This document shows positions 34,387-42,778 of a stretch of DNA of 44,898 bases, one piece after another. The stretch is from Gemmatimonadales bacterium (lineage in GTDB: Bacteria > Gemmatimonadota > Gemmatimonadetes > Gemmatimonadales > GWC2-71-9), in NCBI GenBank assembly GCA_035266665.1, contig DATFMZ010000302.1:1-44898 (forward strand). Direction: 5' to 3'. Position numbers and translations under genes: made by a program. The stretch's first letter is position 1. The number at the start of each line of letters is the position of its first letter. Below the pieces are notes generated by a model, which made no database searches, had not been told where the DNA came from, and worked only from the letters and a program-made list of their open reading frames with translations.

Positions 34387-36705
34387 ATGGCCTGGGTCTG
34401 CGTCGGCATCGGCGTCGCCGGGCTCATCGGCTGGGCGCTCGGCATCCCCACGCTCACCCGCGTGATGCCTGGGCTCGCCGCCATGAAGGCGAACACCGCG
34501 ATCGGCTTCATCCTGCTGGGCGTCGCGCTGGTCGTACGGGTGCGGACGCCGGATTCGCCCGCCACGGTGCGCCTCGTGCAGTGGATGGTCCTACCCGCGG
34601 TCCTGCTGGCCGCGCTCTCGTTGGCCGAGTACGTCACGGGACGCGCGTTCGGGGTGGACACGCTGTTTTTCGGGTTCTCCCAGGCGGCCGGGACCATGAC
34701 GTACCCGGGCCGCATGGCTCCGGGGACGGCAACGAGCTTCGTCTTCCTCGGCGCGATGATCGCGCTGCTCGAGCGGGATGCCGTGGATCTACTTGCCGTC
34801 GTACCGGCAGCCCTCGGCGTGGTGGGCACCGCGGGCGCCGTGGATACGCTCGTCTGGCCAGGGGCCGTGACGTCGTATTCCTCGATGGCCATGCAGACGG
34901 GCATCGGGATCACCCTCCTCGCCCTGGGCGCCTCGCTGTCCCGCCCCAACCGCGGCTACGCCGGCCTCCTGCGGCAGGCCACGCCGACGGGGTCGCTGGC
35001 CCGCGGCCTCCTGATCGGCGCGTTCGCCGTCCCGCTCGGCATCGGCTGGGCCCTGTACGATCTGGCGCGCGAAGACCTGATCTCCGGCACCTCGTACGCG
35101 GGGCTCACGATCATCGTGACAATCCTGGTGCTCGCCGTGCTGGCGCAGGTCCTCACCATCCGGCTGCACCGGGCCGAGTCCGCGCGTGCCACCGCCGATG
35201 CGCGGTTCTTCGAGCTGTTCGACTCGGCGCCCGTGGGACTCTTCCGCTCGCTTCCGGACGGCACCATCCTCGACGGCAACCCGGCGCTGGTGCACATCCT
35301 GGGGCTGCCGGATCGCGCCGAGCTGTTCGCGCACAATGCACGCGACTTCTACCTCGACGGGGCTGATCGCGACCGCTTCGTGAAACAGCTCATGACCTCG
35401 GGCACCGTCTCCGGCATGGAGTTTCGGTTCCAGCACGGCGACGGCTCGATTCGCTGGGTGGAGTCCCACGCGCATGCGGTGCGGAATCCGGATGGGACGT
35501 TCAACCACCTCACCGGATCGTTCATCGACATCACTGCACGAAAGCAGGCGGAGGCCCAGTTCCTCGCGGCGCAGCGCATGGAAGCGGTCGGCCAGCTCGC
35601 GGGCGGCGTGGCCCACGACTTCAACAACCTGCTCACCGTTCTCCACGCCACCGCCGAGTTCCTGCTCGAGGAGACACCGCCCGGCGACGAGCGCCGCGCC
35701 GATGTCGAGGAGATCCTGCGCACCACCAAGCGTGCCACCGCCCTCACGCGCCAGCTCCTCGCGTTCAGCCGGCGCCAGGTGTTCGAGACCCGCGTGCTGA
35801 ACCTGAACGACCAGGTGGCCGGGATGGACTCCCTGCTCCGACGCATCATCGGGGACGACGTGCGGCTCGTCACCGTGCGCGCCGGCGATCTCGGGAACGT
35901 GCGTGCCGATCCCGCACAGATCGAGCAGGTGATCGCCAATCTCGCGGTGAACGCGCGGGACGCGATGCCGGATGGCGGCACGCTCACCATCGAGACCGCC
36001 AACGTCACGCTCGATGCGCGACAAGCCCGTGGCCAGCTGGACGTGACACCGGGCGACTACGTCTCGCTCGCCGTCTCCGACACCGGCCACGGGATGCCGG
36101 CGGACGTCGCGGCGCACGTGTTCGAGCCATTCTTCACCACCAAGGGCATCGGGAAAGGCACGGGCCTCGGACTCGCCACGGTGTACGGGATCGTGCGACA
36201 GAGCGGTGGTTCGGTGAAGCTCGACACCGCGCTCGACGCCGGCACGACCTTCACGATCTATCTGCCGCGCGTGGCGGAAGCGGTCGACGCGGAGGAGGTG
36301 GGCATCGCGCGTCGAACGGCACCCCGCGCGAAGGCGGGCGAAACCGTCCTCGTCGTGGACGACAACCGCGACGTGCGCGGCACCACCGCGCGCATCCTCC
36401 GCACGCTCGGCTACGTCGTCGTGGAGGCGTCGGGACCGGAAGGATGGGAGGAGGCGAGCCGCGGACATGGCGGCACCATCCACCTCTTGGTGACCGATGT
36501 CGTGATGGCCGGACTGAGCGGCCCCGAACTCGCCGAGCGGTTCCGCGCGCGGCATGCCGACGCGCGCGTGCTCTTCACCTCAGGCTACGCCGACCGCGGC
36601 GTGGCGGGCGGCAGCGGCCTCCCCACGGGTGCCGCGTTCATCCAGAAGCCGTTCACCGTGGATGGACTCGGCCGGAAGGTGCACGAGGTGCTGCACGGGG
36701 GGTGA
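34387..36705 (+). CDS. polytopic membrane hybrid sensor histidine kinase / response regulator (multi-TM-PAS-HisKA-HATPase-REC)
   Basis: ORF 34267..36705 (TTG). Conservative start at ATG 34387 (MAWVCVGIGVAGLIGW...). N-terminal block of about 300 aa with 7-8 TM helices. H-box GGVAHDFNNLLTVL; REC (VLVVDDN...HLLVTDVVMAGLSG). Confidence 0.9.
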   Translation: MAWVCVGIGVAGLIGWALGIPTLTRVMPGLAAMKANTAIGFILLGVALVVRVRTPDSPATVRLVQWMVLPAVLLAALSLAEYVTGRAFGVDTLFFGFSQAAGTMTYPGRMAPGTATSFVFLGAMIALLERDAVDLLAVVPAALGVVGTAGAVDTLVWPGAVTSYSSMAMQTGIGITLLALGASLSRPNRGYAGLLRQATPTGSLARGLLIGAFAVPLGIGWALYDLAREDLISGTSYAGLTIIVTILVLAVLAQVLTIRLHRAESARATADARFFELFDSAPVGLFRSLPDGTILDGNPALVHILGLPDRAELFAHNARDFYLDGADRDRFVKQLMTSGTVSGMEFRFQHGDGSIRWVESHAHAVRNPDGTFNHLTGSFIDITARKQAEAQFLAAQRMEAVGQLAGGVAHDFNNLLTVLHATAEFLLEETPPGDERRADVEEILRTTKRATALTRQLLAFSRRQVFETRVLNLNDQVAGMDSLLRRIIGDDVRLVTVRAGDLGNVRADPAQIEQVIANLAVNARDAMPDGGTLTIETANVTLDARQARGQLDVTPGDYVSLAVSDTGHGMPADVAAHVFEPFFTTKGIGKGTGLGLATVYGIVRQSGGSVKLDTALDAGTTFTIYLPRVAEAVDAEEVGIARRTAPRAKAGETVLVVDDNRDVRGTTARILRTLGYVVVEASGPEGWEEASRGHGGTIHLLVTDVVMAGLSGPELAERFRARHADARVLFTSGYADRGVAGGSGLPTGAAFIQKPFTVDGLGRKVHEVLHGG

Positions 36706-36714
36706 TTGCGCGAC

Positions 36715-36733
36715 GCCGCCAACCACCGGCGGC
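36715..36733 (+). terminator. short GC hairpin 10 nt after the kinase 3 stop
   Basis: gccgcc 36715-20 / ggcggc 36728-33 with a 7-nt loop. No U-tract. Confidence 0.2.
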
Positions 36734-36804
36734 AACGCCATCTCGCGCTCGAGCGCGCACGATCCGACCCCGGCTCGCTGCGTTCCGCGCCGATCACCCG
36801 ACAA

Positions 36805-36834
36805 ATGTCCCAAAACCGACATACGATGTCCCAA
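36805..36834 (-). promoter_or_regulatory. second copy of the phased repeat (minus strand reads TTTGGGACAT-N11-TTTGGGACAT; same 21-nt period)
   Basis: Plus strand has ATGTCCCAA at 36805-36813 and 36826-36834. The spacer sequence is unrelated to the first site; only the 9-mers and their phasing are conserved. Located 100 nt after the kinase 3 stop and about 70-87 nt before the next gene. Confidence 0.6.
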
Positions 36835-36920
36835 AGTGTCACTATCGCATCGGCGCGTTCACTTGAACATTTGCACAAGTCCGCCCGCGAGGCCGACCCG
36901 ATGTGACCACACCACACCGT

Positions 36921-37496
36921 ATGTCGCTCTTCCTCACCTGCGCCGTGCTCGCGCACCCGCTGGTCCCCGGCGTCGCCGCCGCGCAGGGCGAGACCGCCAT
37001 CCTCGACAGCCTCGAACACGTGGCCCTCACTGCGACGGATGCCTCGGCGCGCGTACGCGCCGCCCTCGCGATCACCGACGCCGGACGGCTCCAGGTGGAC
37101 GCGGGTCCCACCGACACCGCACGGCGGCACCCACGGTATCCCGGCGTGGTCGCACGACTCGTGACGATCTATCGGAAATCCACCGACCCGGCCGTGCGCG
37201 ACTTGGTCGTGCAGTGGATGCCGGCGCTCGCCGATCGGCCTCGTGCCATCGCCTTCCTCGTGGAGGTTGCGAGCGAGACACCGATCCCACGCTCTGGGGG
37301 AGCATCACACGTGTTGCCGCCCGGACACGGCACCGCATCCAGCCGGGCGCACACGGCTATCTACGCGCTGACGCGAATGGGTGCGGCGGGACGCGCGGCG
37401 CTCGCCCGCCTGGACGTGAGCGGAAGCGTTCGTGATCCGGAAGCCAGAGCATATCTCGCGCGGCTGGCGAACGAGGGATACGAGGACCGCGAGTAG
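36921..37496 (+). CDS. hypothetical exported, Ala/Arg-rich helical (HEAT-like?) protein
   Basis: ORF 36903..37496 (GTG). ATG 36921 gives MSLFLTCAVLAHPLVPGVAAAQ, a signal-like N-terminus. No recognisable catalytic motif. Confidence 0.5.
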   Translation: MSLFLTCAVLAHPLVPGVAAAQGETAILDSLEHVALTATDASARVRAALAITDAGRLQVDAGPTDTARRHPRYPGVVARLVTIYRKSTDPAVRDLVVQWMPALADRPRAIAFLVEVASETPIPRSGGASHVLPPGHGTASSRAHTAIYALTRMGAAGRAALARLDVSGSVRDPEARAYLARLANEGYEDRE

Positions 37497-37556
37497 CGAG
37501 GCGCATGCCGTTCCCTAGCGCCGTCCTCGGTCCAGGGCGTCCTGCGAGAGCCTACG

Positions 37557-37576
37557 GCTTGACGCTCGCTTGACGC
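37557..37576 (+). promoter_or_regulatory. tandem direct repeat GCTTGACGC-tc-GCTTGACGC (11-nt period; contains TTGACG -35-like hexamers)
   Basis: Exact 9-mers at 37557-37565 and 37568-37576, 42 nt before ATG 37619 of the DUF4382 lipoprotein gene. Confidence 0.4.
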
Positions 37577-37618
37577 CCTGAATCCACCATGCGCAACGTC
37601 CCGAACCGGAGCGGACCG

Positions 37619-38578
37619 ATGCGTGCGTTGATGATAGCCGCCATGGCGGCCAGCCTGATTCCCCAGGCCTGCGCAAACGAGCCCACCGCCAACCCGGCAG
37701 GGCCAGCCACCAAGGACTCCACGGCCAAGGCCTCGGCCACCGCCACGCATATCCTGCTCACGGACGATCCCTTCCCGTATGACCGCGTCGCGCGGGTAGA
37801 CGTCTACGTGGTGAACGTCTCGGTTTCGCTCTCACCCGATACGAGCAGCACCGGGTCCTTCGTGACGGTCGCGACGCCGAACCGGCGCATCAATGTGCTC
37901 GCCCTCCAGGGGGGTGACACCGACGAGTTGGGTGCGCTGAAGCTTCCACCAGGAATCATCACGGCCGTCCGCCTGGTGCTCGATACCGATTCGTCGAGCA
38001 TCACGCTCGCGGACGGCCGCGTGCTCACGGGGAGCTCGTCGCCGGGAATCGCCTGGCAGTCGAGCGCGGGACGCCCGGTGCTCAACGCGCTGGTGCACGA
38101 GCAGATTGCGGTGCCCGATTCGGGCGGTCGGGTGGTAATCGTATTCGACGTCGGCGAGGCATTCATTCCCGTGAGCGTGCTCGACTCCTCGAGCACCGAC
38201 AGCGGCTTCGTGTTTTCGCCCTTCGTCACGGCGTTCGACGGAACACGCACGGGCGCGATCGCCGGCATCGTCCGCGGCACGAGCGACGGCGGTGCGGCCG
38301 TGACCGATGCATCCCTACAGCTCTATCTCGGGAATCCGACCAATCCGGAAAACACCTGGTGGCGGGTGGGAACGGCACGCTCGGATTCGGCCGGAACGTT
38401 TCGCTTCGCCTACGTTACGCCGAGCGCACACTGGACGAGCACGTCGGCGCACGCGACCGACACCTACATCCTGACGGTGGATCCGCCGAACGGCTCGGGA
38501 CTCGGCCGTGTGATCGTGCCGAATATCGAGGTCACGACGGGCAATACGACATCGGTCGGTATGGTGGTGCTGCCATAG
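37619..38578 (+). CDS. DUF4382-domain lipoprotein with C-terminal carboxypeptidase-regulatory-like beta-sandwich
   Basis: ORF 37589..38578. ATG 37619 gives MRALMIAAMAASLIPQAC. ILLTDDPFPYD...INVLALQGG...LPPGIITAVRLVL pattern typical of DUF4382. Confidence 0.78.
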   Translation: MRALMIAAMAASLIPQACANEPTANPAGPATKDSTAKASATATHILLTDDPFPYDRVARVDVYVVNVSVSLSPDTSSTGSFVTVATPNRRINVLALQGGDTDELGALKLPPGIITAVRLVLDTDSSSITLADGRVLTGSSSPGIAWQSSAGRPVLNALVHEQIAVPDSGGRVVIVFDVGEAFIPVSVLDSSSTDSGFVFSPFVTAFDGTRTGAIAGIVRGTSDGGAAVTDASLQLYLGNPTNPENTWWRVGTARSDSAGTFRFAYVTPSAHWTSTSAHATDTYILTVDPPNGSGLGRVIVPNIEVTTGNTTSVGMVVLP

Positions 38579-38579
38579 G

Positions 38580-38599
38580 CCTCGGCCTTCACGCCGAGG
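38580..38599. terminator. short hairpin between convergent DUF4382 and LMF genes (candidate bidirectional terminator)
   Basis: cctcggc 38580-86 / gccgagg 38593-99 with a 6-nt loop. Sits in the 27-nt gap between the two stops. No U-tract. Confidence 0.3.
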
Positions 38600-38605
38600 A
38601 CCGCC

Positions 38606-40156
38606 TCACCGCCCCCGGCTTCCCGTGAAGTCCCTGAGCGAGAATGCCCGCGTCAGCTCGCCGACCCGCTCGCGCTTCCACCAATTCCCGCTCGCTTTCC
38701 GCTCGGCGAAGCTCGTGAACTCGTACTTGTAGTAGATGAGCCGCACGTATTTGGGCGGCGCGGTAGAGAAGGGGCCGGGCGCCATGAGCCGCCGGACCGT
38801 CGGTGAGCCTTCGAGCAGCCGGTGCACGAGCGCGCCAAGGAGATCGCTCGAGGAACGCGGGTTGAGCGCCGCGAACCACATCTGCCAATCCAGCCGCGGC
38901 ATGTGCGGCTCGACGAACGCCGGCCGCCGGCCGAGCGGGCCCGGCTTCCAGCGGAAATCCACCGGCGTCCACGTACTGTCGTCGGCACTCGCCTCGACCG
39001 CGATCTCGCCGCGCTCGGTCGTCATCACCCGGAAGAGTCCATATCCGTTCACCGACCGGAACGGCCCGACGAGCTCCATCACCTGGTTCGTGAACGCAAG
39101 CACCCAGTTGTTCGCTCCCGGCACCGTCGCCACCATCTCGTGCACGAACGCCACGAAGCTCAGCACCCCGATGGCGATGCCCACGCCCGCGTTCACCGCC
39201 CGCTTCCGCCGCCCCTCCCTCTCCCTATCCCCTGCCACCCTGCCACTCTGCCCCCCTGCCGCTCTCTGCGGCATCAACCAACGAATGGCGTCGTCATCCA
39301 GCAACACCACCGCCAGCACGATCGTGAGCAGATTGAAGAACCCGTAGTTCCCCGTGGCCGCGATCAGAAGCTGGAACGCGATGATCGCCGCGCACCCGAT
39401 CCGCCTCGGCCACAGGTTCCGAAGAGGTAGCACGATGGCGATCGGTACGAGCAGCTCGGAGACGTAGACACCGATCACGGAGAGCTTCTGGAACCAGACG
39501 GGCATGTGATACGCGTACCACCCGATCCACGTCGGGAGCGGCTGCGTCTCGTAGTGGTAGGTGAGCGCCGTGAGATTCCGCCACGTGGGGTCACCCGAGA
39601 GGAGCTTCGTGATCCCAGAGAGGAAGATCACCTTGAAGAGCAGCAGCCAGAGGAGCCATCGGATCACCGGCGACGGCGCACGATCGCTCGCGAATCGCGG
39701 CCAGACCCGAAGCGGCGCGTAGAAGATGGCGAGGAACCCCGCTTCGAGCAGCAGCGCATCCCACTGGAAGCTCAGGAACTGTTGTCCCGCGACCGTGAGC
39801 GAGAGATAGAAGAGCCAGAGGAGCACGAGGATCGGCACCGGCGCGACGTCCGCGATCAACAGCACGCTCAGCGCCGCACCGCCCCAACAGAGAAAGCGAA
39901 GCATCGCGTCGCCGTGCGCGAGCCAGAGGAGGGTGGGATAGAAGTAGAACGCTTCGGCACCCAGTGCCGCACGCGCCCTCCCCAGGAGCGCACCGATCGG
40001 CAAGAGCCCCTCGTGGCCCACCAACCCGATCACCTGGACGCCCAACGAGACGAACGCGATGAGATAAACCACGCCGAGCAGGCGGAGAAAGAGCCAGCGC
40101 GAGAGCGAATACTCGACGCGGCGGGGCGACAGCCCCGCCGCGTCAACGGCCGACAC
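38606..40156 (-). CDS. lipase maturation factor (LMF1-like) family polytopic membrane protein
   Basis: C-terminal two-thirds of the 926-aa ORF 38606..41386. Upstream of about 40170 that frame is a shadow of the Gfo/Idh/MocA gene. In-frame GTG at 40156 gives (M)SAVDAAGLSPRRVEYSLSRWLFLRLLGVVYLIAFVSLGVQVIGLVG..., typical of bacterial LMF-family proteins. The start codon is uncertain. Confidence 0.8.
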   Translation of the reverse strand: MSAVDAAGLSPRRVEYSLSRWLFLRLLGVVYLIAFVSLGVQVIGLVGHEGLLPIGALLGRARAALGAEAFYFYPTLLWLAHGDAMLRFLCWGGAALSVLLIADVAPVPILVLLWLFYLSLTVAGQQFLSFQWDALLLEAGFLAIFYAPLRVWPRFASDRAPSPVIRWLLWLLLFKVIFLSGITKLLSGDPTWRNLTALTYHYETQPLPTWIGWYAYHMPVWFQKLSVIGVYVSELLVPIAIVLPLRNLWPRRIGCAAIIAFQLLIAATGNYGFFNLLTIVLAVVLLDDDAIRWLMPQRAAGGQSGRVAGDREREGRRKRAVNAGVGIAIGVLSFVAFVHEMVATVPGANNWVLAFTNQVMELVGPFRSVNGYGLFRVMTTERGEIAVEASADDSTWTPVDFRWKPGPLGRRPAFVEPHMPRLDWQMWFAALNPRSSSDLLGALVHRLLEGSPTVRRLMAPGPFSTAPPKYVRLIYYKYEFTSFAERKASGNWWKRERVGELTRAFSLRDFTGSRGR

Positions 40157-40170
40157 TGCCGCGCCGTTCG

Positions 40171-41517
40171 TCAGTACGACCACCCCTCCCGGTACGTCGG
40201 ATGGATGTACTCCGCCGGTACGGTCACGTTGGTCACGTTCTTGGTCTTGGGATCGAGCTCGAGCGTCCGCCCCATCCGCACCGCGAGCACGCCCAGAACC
40301 ACCATCTCCGTGAGCGGTCCCGCGTACTCGGCGAAGTTCGACCCGGCGGGCGTGCCGCCCTTGGCCGCACGCACGAACTCGGCGTACACGCCGCCCTCGA
40401 TCCGCGGATACTTCTGCGGCAACGGATGCGCGGTGACCTCCGCCTGCTTCTTGGGATCGAGCAGCATCGGCCCGTCGCCGTACGTGCCGGCGGTGAGCTT
40501 CCCGTCGTCGCCGATCCAGAGCTGCCCGCCGTCGTCGCTCGGCGGCCAGAGCTGATCGTCGGGCACCTCGGGCGGGCGCGGCGGGAAGAGACTCCCGTCG
40601 TGCCACACGCACTTCACCGGAGGACGCTTGCCCTTGGCTTCGAAGTAATAGGCGATCCGCTGCATCTTGGGCGCGGTCTCGGGATAGAGCTGGGTGGACT
40701 CCGGCACCACCTTGTTCGGGGTGCCCAGGTCGAGCGTCCAGAACGCCGCGTCCATGATGTGGCACGCCATGTCGCCGAGGGCGCCGGTTCCGAAATCCCA
40801 CCACCCGCGCCATTTGAACGGCTCGTACACGGGGTTGTACGGCCGCTCCTTCGCGGGCCCGAGCCAGAGGTTCCAGTCGAGCGTCGGCGGCACGTAGTAC
40901 TCCTGGAGCGGCCGGTCCATCGCCTGCGGCCAGATGGGGCGATTGGTCCAGAAATGCACCTCGCGCACCGTGCCGATCAATCCGGCCTCGACCCACTCGC
41001 GGATCAGCCGGATCCCCTCGTGGGTGTGGCCCTGATTGCCCATCTGCGTCGGGACTTTGTACTTCCGCGCCGCGTCCTCGAGCGCGCGGACCTCGCCGAG
41101 CGTCCGCGCGAGGGGCTTCTGGGTGCGCGTCGGTTTCCCCGCCTGCATCGCGAGCATCGAGGCCGCGGCGTGCGAGTGGTCGGGAATCGTCACCGTCACC
41201 GCGTCGATGTTCTTCGCCTCCTTGTCGAGCATCTCGCGGTAGTCCTTGTAGTGCTTCGCCTTCGGAAAGGCGCGATACGCACTCGCGGCGTTCTCGTCGT
41301 CGACGTCGCAGAGGATGTAGATGTTCTGTCCCTGGTCGGCGATTCCCTGCACGTCGTTCCGTCCCATGCCTCCGACGCCGATGCACGCGAAGTTCAGTGT
41401 GTCGCTCGGTGCCAAGTATCCGCGGCCGAGTACGTGCCGCGGCACGACGTGAAACGCCGCGCCCGCCGCGGCCATCGACTCCACGAAATCCCGCCGGTTG
41501 ATCTTGCGTTTGGTCAT
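40171..41517 (-). CDS. Tat-exported Gfo/Idh/MocA-family oxidoreductase
   Basis: ORF 40171..41673 trimmed to ATG 41517 (GAGGAG upstream). KINRRDFVESMAAAGAAF twin-arginine signal. FACIGVGGMGRND Rossmann motif; TQKPLA motif. Confidence 0.92.
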   Translation of the reverse strand: MTKRKINRRDFVESMAAAGAAFHVVPRHVLGRGYLAPSDTLNFACIGVGGMGRNDVQGIADQGQNIYILCDVDDENAASAYRAFPKAKHYKDYREMLDKEAKNIDAVTVTIPDHSHAAASMLAMQAGKPTRTQKPLARTLGEVRALEDAARKYKVPTQMGNQGHTHEGIRLIREWVEAGLIGTVREVHFWTNRPIWPQAMDRPLQEYYVPPTLDWNLWLGPAKERPYNPVYEPFKWRGWWDFGTGALGDMACHIMDAAFWTLDLGTPNKVVPESTQLYPETAPKMQRIAYYFEAKGKRPPVKCVWHDGSLFPPRPPEVPDDQLWPPSDDGGQLWIGDDGKLTAGTYGDGPMLLDPKKQAEVTAHPLPQKYPRIEGGVYAEFVRAAKGGTPAGSNFAEYAGPLTEMVVLGVLAVRMGRTLELDPKTKNVTNVTVPAEYIHPTYREGWSY

Positions 41518-41527
41518 GGGCTTCTCC

Positions 41528-42778
41528 TCAGGCAGCCTGCGGTGCGCCGGCCTGGCGGCGCATCGCGATCTTGGGACGGAAGAGCAGGAGGAACAGCACG
41601 AAGACGCCGAACGCGAGCGCGGCAGGCACCAGCCAGATGCTCCGCCAGTCGTGCACGGCGTTGGTGCAGACACCGTTGACCACCGCGCCCACGCAGCGGG
41701 TGTAGCGGTCGGCCACGGCGCCGGAAACGAACGCGCCGATGAAATATCCCACGCCGTTCGTCACGAAATTGATCAAGCCCTGCGCCGCACCGCGGATCTT
41801 GGCGCCGGCCTTTTCGTCAGTGTAGATCTGTCCGCTCACGAAGAAGAAATCGTAGCACATCCCGTGGAGCACGATGCCGAGATAGACGAGCCCCATCAGC
41901 GCCCCCGCGTTCCCGAACGCGAACGCGAGATAGCGCGTGCCCCATGCCGCCATGCCAACCAGCAGAATGCTCTTGATCCCGAAGCGCTTGAGCGCGAACG
42001 GCAGGATCAGAATGAAGCCGATCTCGAACACCTGCCCGAAGGTCTGGATGAACGCGGGATCCGGTGCATGGATGTCGTTGAGATAGAGGTTCGCGAAGGT
42101 GTAGTAGAACTGGAGCGGAATGCAGAGCAGGAACGAGAAGATCACGAAGATCAGAAACGGCTTGTCCTTGAGCATGCCGAGCGCGTCGAGCCCGAGCGCG
42201 TCACGGATGCTGAATGGCGCCCCCGCCGCCTTGGGCGGCGTATGCGGCAACACGAAGGAATAGAGCCCGAGCACGATGCTCGCCCCCGCCGCCACCTTGA
42301 GCGGCACGGCCAGCGCATCGGCGTGCAACACCAGCCCGATCAGCACCCCCGCCACGATCCAGCCGATCGTGCCGAGCACGCGGATCTTCGGGAATTCGCG
42401 CGCCGGATCGTCCACGTGGTGGAACGAGATCGAGTTCGTGAGCGAGAGCGTCGGCATGTAGCAGAGCGCATAGACGATCAGCATCACGTAGAACGCGGCG
42501 AAGCTGTGCAGCGTCGAGACGTACCACAGCACCACGCCGCCCAGCAGGTGCAGGAACGCCAGCAGCTTTTCCGTGGCGAAGAACCGATCGGCCACGACCC
42601 CCAGAAAGAACGGCGAGACCAGCGCCGCGATCGCGGTGGCCCCATACGCGAGACCGATCTGGCTCCCGGTGAAGTGCAGCGTCTTACTGAGGTATGTCCC
42701 CATCGTGACGAACCACGCCCCCCAGACGAAGTACTGGAGGAACATCATGGTCGAGAGTCGGAACTTCGTCCCGGTCAT
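41528..42778 (-). CDS. MFS transporter of the nucleoside:H+ symporter (Nuc_H_symport) family
   Basis: ORF 41528..43201 trimmed to ATG 42778. [23 protein letters not shown] start and 12 hydrophobic helices typical of this family. Confidence 0.88.
   Translation of the reverse strand: MTGTKFRLSTMMFLQYFVWGAWFVTMGTYLSKTLHFTGSQIGLAYGATAIAALVSPFFLGVVADRFFATEKLLAFLHLLGGVVLWYVSTLHSFAAFYVMLIVYALCYMPTLSLTNSISFHHVDDPAREFPKIRVLGTIGWIVAGVLIGLVLHADALAVPLKVAAGASIVLGLYSFVLPHTPPKAAGAPFSIRDALGLDALGMLKDKPFLIFVIFSFLLCIPLQFYYTFANLYLNDIHAPDPAFIQTFGQVFEIGFILILPFALKRFGIKSILLVGMAAWGTRYLAFAFGNAGALMGLVYLGIVLHGMCYDFFFVSGQIYTDEKAGAKIRGAAQGLINFVTNGVGYFIGAFVSGAVADRYTRCVGAVVNGVCTNAVHDWRSIWLVPAALAFGVFVLFLLLFRPKIAMRRQAGAPQAA

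Noticed and set aside
36744-36757. Perfect palindromes CGCGCTCGAGCGCG (36744-36757) and GTTGCGCAAC (31118-31127) in the kinase-cluster intergenic regions.
   Set aside because: They are short, GC-rich and single-copy. Such palindromes arise easily in this composition, and I have no supporting context. They were noted only because they sit near the phased repeats.
36706-36906. Small ORFs running through the phased repeats: 36706..36906(+) encoding ...MSQNRHTMSQS..., and 30991..31413(+) encoding ...WDITPRNWDIS...
   Set aside because: The repeated peptide motifs are simply the translated DNA repeats. There are no SD sequences, no signal or domain features, and the codon usage looks unlike the neighbouring genes.
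40157-41386. N-terminal 410 residues of the 926-aa ORF 38606..41386, which would make a giant fusion protein.
   Set aside because: This part overlaps, in another frame, the well-supported Gfo/Idh/MocA gene (40171..41517) and is Arg/Gly/Asp-rich nonsense-like. The LMF-family similarity starts only near 40156.
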